A DNA stretch of 64,000 nt from Gemmatimonadota bacterium (GTDB taxonomy: Bacteria; Gemmatimonadota; Gemmatimonadetes; Palauibacterales; Palauibacteraceae). Location of the stretch: NCBI GenBank assembly GCA_965116475.1, contig OZ220691.1, forward strand, positions 3,264,001 through 3,328,000. The letters run 5' to 3'. Positions 63,474 through 64,000 of the stretch are shown in pieces (positions within the stretch are counted from its first letter, which is position 1; each line of letters begins with the position of its first letter). The notes beneath the pieces are model-generated. The model saw nothing but the letters and a program-made list of their open reading frames with translations. It was not told the DNA's origin and made no database searches. The position numbers and the translations under genes were made by a program.

Positions 63474-63965
63474 TCAGCGCTCGGCCGCCAGCCTCCCGGG
63501 CTCGCCGTCCGGGCGCGGGGCGGTCGGGCGGCCAGGGCCCGGAGGCGCGGCGCCTTCGCCCCGGAGGCGCCGTACTCCCTCCACGTACTCGGAGAAGCCG
63601 ATCCGGCCCGACACGTAGCGGCGCTGGAGCCGGGAAAAGATCCGGCTCTCCGCTCCCGTCGCCGCTTCGGCCGGCGCGAAGGCCTCCGTCGTGGGCACTT
63701 CGAGGCGAGGAGGCCGGGTCCGGATGCCGCGCGGCCTCCGGATCCGGACGACGCCCGTCGCGTCGCGGACAAGGCTCTTCACATCGGCCGAGCACTGTCG
63801 CAGAAGATCGGGCCAGGACCTGGACACCGCGGCCATCGCGCGGCTCACCGCGCTGCCCAGGCCGACGAGCAAGCGGTGGAAATCTCCGCGACTCCAATCG
63901 CCGGCGCGCACGCGCCTGCGGTAGATCACGGCGGCGATGCCTCCCAGGAAGACGAGCTCGAACAT
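63474..63965 (-). CDS. Hypothetical protein with N-terminal hydrophobic segment
   Basis: ATG preceded by GGAGG; C-terminal LQRRYVSGRI...EY is SHOCT-like. Confidence 0.55.
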   Translation of the reverse strand: MFELVFLGGIAAVIYRRRVRAGDWSRGDFHRLLVGLGSAVSRAMAAVSRSWPDLLRQCSADVKSLVRDATGVVRIRRPRGIRTRPPRLEVPTTEAFAPAEAATGAESRIFSRLQRRYVSGRIGFSEYVEGVRRLRGEGAAPPGPGRPTAPRPDGEPGRLAAER

Positions 63966-64000
63966 GGCTCAACCCTCCCGCGAGGCCGCGGCCCCGGGCT

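Overview
High-GC bacterial chromosome segment. Gene families and the LRR/Ig/FN3 surface proteins suggest Gemmatimonadota, possibly host-associated (inference only). Layout: (i) 1-20.8 kb: mostly peptidases and other housekeeping genes, interrupted at ~2.4-5.5 kb by a small decayed patch holding two surface-protein remnants and a cytochrome P450. (ii) ~20.8-34.9 kb: an accessory island with a ~9.2 kb frameshift-split giant surface-protein gene, a Cre-like tyrosine recombinase, a single-chain GAF-PAS-kinase-receiver-wHTH regulator and an integrase remnant. The recombinase gene is bracketed by two inverted 33-bp lox-like sites (13-7-13) with identical spacers. (iii) 35.4-44.2 kb: RDD/SpoIIM-DUF58-MoxR-DUF4350-DUF4129 cluster, DinB and a lipoprotein hydrolase. 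(iv) 44.2-61.5 kb: alpha-glucan/glycogen locus (2x GH57, glgA, glgB, glgP) enclosing an unexplained block of four ATP-grasp ligases, two esterases (one with a CBM48-like N-terminus) and an S51-like peptidase. (v) An amino-acid symporter and a small hypothetical gene. The top candidates for new biology are the self-inverting Cre/lox-like cassette between adhesin and regulator, and the glycogen-embedded ATP-grasp/esterase system. No rRNA, tRNA or CRISPR array was seen. Family calls come from motif recognition by eye, not from database searches.
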